Below, one piece after another: positions 60,323 to 64,000 of a stretch of 64,000 nucleotides of DNA. Made by a program: the position numbers and the translations under genes. The stretch is from NCBI GenBank assembly GCA_964019335.1, contig OZ025697.1:310001-374000 (forward strand), written 5' to 3'. The notes under the pieces were generated by a model that searched no databases, was not told the DNA's origin, and worked only from the letters and a program-made list of their open reading frames with translations. The stretch is from Diplonema japonicum (taxonomy: Eukaryota; Protista; Euglenozoa: Diplonemea). The number at the start of each line of letters is the position of its first letter. The stretch's first letter is position 1.

Positions 60323-61732
60323 TCAAATCTGTAGGTGTTAAAAATACCCATCCCCTTAACATACCAATGTGTGTCCTCTACCAGCTGTGCGGTTGATGCT
60401 GTACTGTTCTGACAGAGAGGTAAGAGGAAGGTGGTTATGCTGCGAACGAGGATGAGTAGAATATGTCGACCTGCGCGAATGCGGGAAGTAATAGCTGTCT
60501 TCCCTTTGCGGCGCGGAAAAGTTGCCGTGCCTGGAACGGTGCTCCGGGGGAGGGGGCAGCGTACCGCTGTACTTATCACTGAGCCGGGTGTCTCTTTGCA
60601 ACATCGCCTCGCCTTCAAAGTCCAATGGCACCACTTGCCTATCAATCCTGGTGTCGATTCTTGAAAGAACATCATTCTCGATATTTCTCCAATGCTCGCC
60701 CTGCGCGTCGTACGACGCAACAAAATTCCTCCAGAAGTCGGACTTCTTCCGACTCCTTCTCGGACGGTAACTGGGCAACGACGGTTCTCTCTCTGTTGAC
60801 TGATACCCTTCTTCTGGCTCTTCGTATTCCTCATACAATTCACTCACAGGTTCGACCACCTCTTCATCATTATCATCGTCGTTGAAATCTTGGTATATAA
60901 CTGGTTCCTCAACAGGGTCAATTTCGGAAACAGGGTCGTCGGCTGGTTCTGACGTTGGGGTCGGTTGTAGTTCCACACCGGCTTCAAATTTAACCTTGAT
61001 GTCTTCACGTCGATCATGGCTTCTTTCTAATATGGCTAGAAGACCCTCCGCGTTCATTACAGGCTCGTTGTTGACGTGCGTTATGATCTGGTTTTCGGGT
61101 TTGACCCCAGCACGTGCGGCAGATCCTGAGGGTGTGACGCCTTTTAGTCTGATAGGCCGTCCTATGACGCTCCTCTCTGTCACGTCCATTCCATACCCTT
61201 CAGGTGCGAATTGGATGAGAACTGAACCGTCGTCGGGAGGCGGTGTACGTCTTGGTATTTCCAATCTTTTAGACCGTATCATTTCAAGGGTCTCCTTAGG
61301 CGTTCTGCCCCCGCTTTGCATCGTCAGTCTCGGTTGTAGTAGGATCCTGTCGGATATCTGCAGTTCTTTATTAGCAACGTATGGCTTTCTCAGCTCGTTA
61401 ATTAATTCCAACGCGTTCCCTGGTGTGTGGGTGTTTTTATTGTCAGTTTTCCATCTGAACGCCCAGTCTCTCTCTTTACTTTGGTCGGTCGCCCTGATCA
61501 GTACTCTGCCCCCGTCCGTTTGGACTTCTTGGATTTGGTGTAAAAGGAGGACCCTCTTCACACCCTTTGACACTGCGTCCACCATCAACAGATATGGCGA
61601 GCTAATGATCATAATCCTGTTGAGCTTCTTTGCGTCGTTCGAAGACTGTTTCTCGATCGCCATGCACCCGTGTGCGCTGCTAATTTCTCGCAGGTTCCAT
61701 GACGGATTGAGTCGTTCCATTCGGGGAGCCAT
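60323..61732 (-). CDS. PH-like plus PDZ-domain protein (~457 aa; probable terminal intron)
   Basis: N-terminal K....K...RIMIISSPYLLMVD..GVKRVLLLHQIQEV (PH-like). PDZ GYGMDV...LKGVTPSGSAARAGV...ITHVNNEPV. Probable intron 60364->60329 (36 nt, GTATGT..CAG); unspliced, the ORF ends at 60356. Confidence 0.78.
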
Positions 61733-61782
61733 TGCACCCAACCTGTATGAAGTTTGGTGAGAAATATTGACTTTCTACAAGT

Positions 61783-61788
61783 AAAAAA
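61783..61788 (-). terminator. Pol III T6 terminator of tRNA-Ala
   Basis: TTTTTT begins 2 nt after the discriminator base on the minus strand. Confidence 0.75.
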
Positions 61789-61790
61789 GG

Positions 61791-61862
61791 TGGACATTGA
61801 GGGGTTCGAACCCTCGACCTCCCGTATGCGGAACGGGCGCTCTTCCACTGAGCTAAACGCCC
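61791..61862 (-). tRNA. tRNA-Ala(CGC)
   Basis: GGGCGTTTAGCTCAGTGGAAGAGCGCCCGTTCCGCATACGGGAGGTCGAGGGTTCGAACCCCTCAATGTCCA folds as a cloverleaf. G3:U70 Ala identity pair, anticodon stem CCCGT/ACGGG, and TTCGAA T-loop. Confidence 0.93.
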
Positions 61863-61960
61863 CATGTTTCTTTTTCGCGATAAAAAACTGGGTGAAACTG
61901 GGGTGGGTGCACTCGACAAAGAAAACCACCAGAAGACTGAGAACTGATGAACTAGATTGT

Positions 61961-62085
61961 ATCCCATCAACCTGACAAACTGCCTCGGAAAGCCATGGAA
62001 AAGATGGTTCGACGACGGTTGCCCAAGCCGGGTTCAGGAAAAAGGCGACAAATGTGAATGGGGCAAGTGTGCTCTTGCATTTTTT
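61961..62085 (+). ncRNA. Candidate structured Pol III small RNA, divergent from the tRNA
   Basis: Nested stems, an internal GGTTCGA and a 3' hairpin followed by T6. It starts ~100 nt upstream of the tRNA. Not identified to a family. Confidence 0.35.
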
Positions 62086-62815
62086 AAAGTGTAACAGAAA
62101 AAAAAAAAAACAGACATAGGAAAAGAAGCATTGACAAGTAAACACACAACACAGCATTGAGGGAAAGGGTTCATAAAAAAATTATGTAACTGCATTGGTT
62201 GTTCTACTTTGTTTCTTAGCTAGCTTTTGATTGAGGTGAGGGGTAAAACAGAAATAGAAACACACACACAAGAAGAGGGCTGTACTTAGCATCGACTGTG
62301 CGGCATGCTACTACTTTTTTTTCTTTTTCTTTCTTTTTTTTTGCATTCCAAAAGAAAATTGAGTAGTACTAATAAATACAAAAGAAGGAGGTGAAATGTT
62401 CAATAATAGTCCCCCCCCCCCTCTTTTTATTTTCTTCGTTCTCTATTTTTTTATTTTTCAACAGCCTAGGCAGAAGGGGAAAGGAGGGAAGGACAAAGAG
62501 AAAATAAAGGATATGGGTTCCCAGGGGAAACCACTCGCAGGGGGAGTGGCGATAACTAGGGGGAGGGGGAGGCCAGAGCGATTTCTTCAGTTTTGTGGTC
62601 ATAATATTAGTTTTGGCCTACTTTTGTGAGTTCAAATAATAATAAAAAAAAAAACTAGAAAAAGAAAGAACGAAATGAAAAAGAAACAAAAATTAAGCAT
62701 TCTTTCAGATGGGGTGTTACAACAGGGGGAAGAAGGGTAAAGAAAAAAAAAAAGAGGAAAGGAAAGGACGATCGGAAAAAAGAAAATTTAATTATTTTTG
62801 TGTCAGGGAGGGGCG

Positions 62816-64000
62816 TCACGATGCGTGTGAATTTGGAGTGATCCAAGTGATAGGTGGTGATGGAGAGTGAGAAGAGTCCAAAGCGTCTTTTAGTATATCG
62901 ACGAAAGGCTGCACGGAAGAGGAAAGGGTAACGGTTGTGCTTAAAATGTGCCGGACTTTAGGAACGTCGTGCTGGAGGAAGGCAATACCCGCATCGTTGA
63001 AAATCTCCCATTTCTGCCCAGGGGCAGCCTCGAGTTCGTACATCCATTCTTCTTCGGAGTTCAGCTCCCTGTCGGTCACAGGTGAGGTGCACGACATCTT
63101 CACATGAGCGTCCCAAAGAATTTCGTAATGGAAAAGGGCCTCGTCTTCGAAAATGAAAGGGACCAGGATGGATTCCAGGATCAAGCGTTTTTCATACGCG
63201 TTTCCCACGTCCAATGCGGTCGATCTGTCGCACACCACGTCTAGTTGTTTTCTCCGCCCGTATCTTTCGACCTCAGTGAGGTACGTTGTGAGCTTGCCCA
63301 AGACGCAAAACCTTCGCAGGGCCTTGCACCCTAGGTAGCCACACTGCGCCGTTCCAACAACAATCCCAGCATTGCATGCTTTTGACTTTTTTGTGATGTG
63401 CGAGAACAAGCTTACCACAGACTTGACTGCGGACATAGCATGAAGGCTGCAGGTGTGGGATGCGTTGAACGATGTATAGATTTTGTCGCCGATAAAGTTG
63501 TCGATGACCCCTTTCGCGTTTGAGAAGGCGGCGGTCGCGGACTCAAGGATGAACTCGTGCGTGCTGAGAAAACCCTCCTTGTCGGTTTCGATTAGGTTCA
63601 AGCTGTTTTTTATGTTCACGGCAACCAACGACAGCCGTTTCTTTATCAACGACGGCCTGTCCAGCGTCGATTTCGAGATCGTCGAAGTCTGGTCGTCCAT
63701 ACCGTTGTAAGCTGTTTGCAAACAAGACTGGTCCAGATACGGACGAAAATCCTTCAAACTCATCAGAATTTTTTGATACGCGTTGAGTAACGGTGTCGGA
63801 AGATCTGGTGACGCTGTGTCCAGAGCTGTTGAAGCGTCGTCTAGGTTGTACTCTGCAAGTGCATATGCGATGGTTTCAGCAGCCTCGATGGAGCTTTCCA
63901 TTCGTTTCCGTTCGACAGCCGCGACTGTTGCGAACCAACGCGTGCACCAAAAATCCAACAAAAAGATCAAAAGCTGTGGGAGCAGAACCATGGCTGTTCC
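62816..64000 (-). CDS. Membrane-associated adenylate/guanylate cyclase-like protein, 3' part (probably continues beyond the window end)
   Basis: Hydrophobic segment at the window edge, then LKDFRPYL, LSLVAVNIKNS, GVIDNFIGDKIYTSFNA and AGIVVGTAQCGYLG...FCVLG. This is a class III cyclase fold with the first metal Asp replaced by Asn. Confidence 0.75.
   Translation of the reverse strand, partial: GTAMVLLPQLLIFLLDFWCTRWFATVAAVERKRMESSIEAAETIAYALAEYNLDDASTALDTASPDLPTPLLNAYQKILMSLKDFRPYLDQSCLQTAYNGMDDQTSTISKSTLDRPSLIKKRLSLVAVNIKNSLNLIETDKEGFLSTHEFILESATAAFSNAKGVIDNFIGDKIYTSFNASHTCSLHAMSAVKSVVSLFSHITKKSKACNAGIVVGTAQCGYLGCKALRRFCVLGKLTTYLTEVERYGRRKQLDVVCDRSTALDVGNAYEKRLILESILVPFIFEDEALFHYEILWDAHVKMSCTSPVTDRELNSEEEWMYELEAAPGQKWEIFNDAGIAFLQHDVPKVRHILSTTVTLSSSVQPFVDILKDALDSSHSPSPPITWITPNSHAS

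Noticed and set aside
62010-62035. HDV-like ribozyme (minus-strand CCGGCTTGGGCAAC resembles the HDV core)
   Set aside because: There is no upstream P1 partner strand or P2/P3 pseudoknot.
61609-62157. 182-aa minus-strand ORF
   Set aside because: It runs through the tRNA gene and low-complexity sequence and has no protein features.
244-63710. Numerous plus-strand ORFs of 60-290 aa
   Set aside because: They are antisense shadows of GC-rich minus-strand genes or translations of homopolymer tracts (poly-F, poly-K). None has a recognisable motif.
1-64000. CRISPR array, prophage, prokaryotic operon, or rRNA and spliced-leader RNA genes
   Set aside because: No regularly spaced repeats or matching motifs were seen. 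Spliceosomal introns and the gene content are eukaryotic.

Overview
Eukaryotic DNA, most consistent with a euglenozoan protist and probably a diplonemid (inference). All ~19 protein genes and the one tRNA lie on the minus strand, as in a polycistronic trans-spliced cluster. The gene families are kinetoplastid-like: BILBO1 N-terminal domain, leishmanolysin, trypanosome-type cyclase domains and LRR-DSP. Unlike trypanosomatid genes, they carry many tiny GT-AG cis-introns. I placed 21 introns of 34-69 nt by hand, and each restores a sensible reading frame. The main object is one 28.3-kb gene (37664->9336, 10 exons, about 9,312 aa) that the ORF track splits into at least six pieces. It is a signal-peptide-bearing M8 (leishmanolysin/GP63-like) metalloprotease on a stalk of roughly 25-30 bacterial-style Ig-like repeats. 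C-type lectin, WSC, Kelch, PAN and LamG modules are inserted inside those repeats, and the protein ends in EGF/Cys-rich and pappalysin-like domains with no visible anchor. Other points: introns are 3'-biased and often poly(A)-filled; there is a triple pseudo-adenylate cyclase, a CDIN1-like pseudo-nuclease, a thioredoxin-FKBP fusion, a membrane-anchored STE-like kinase, a decayed piggyBac element with TTAA target-site duplications, a tRNA-Ala(CGC) with C33, and a candidate divergent Pol III small RNA beside it. All calls come from manual motif recognition; no searches were run.
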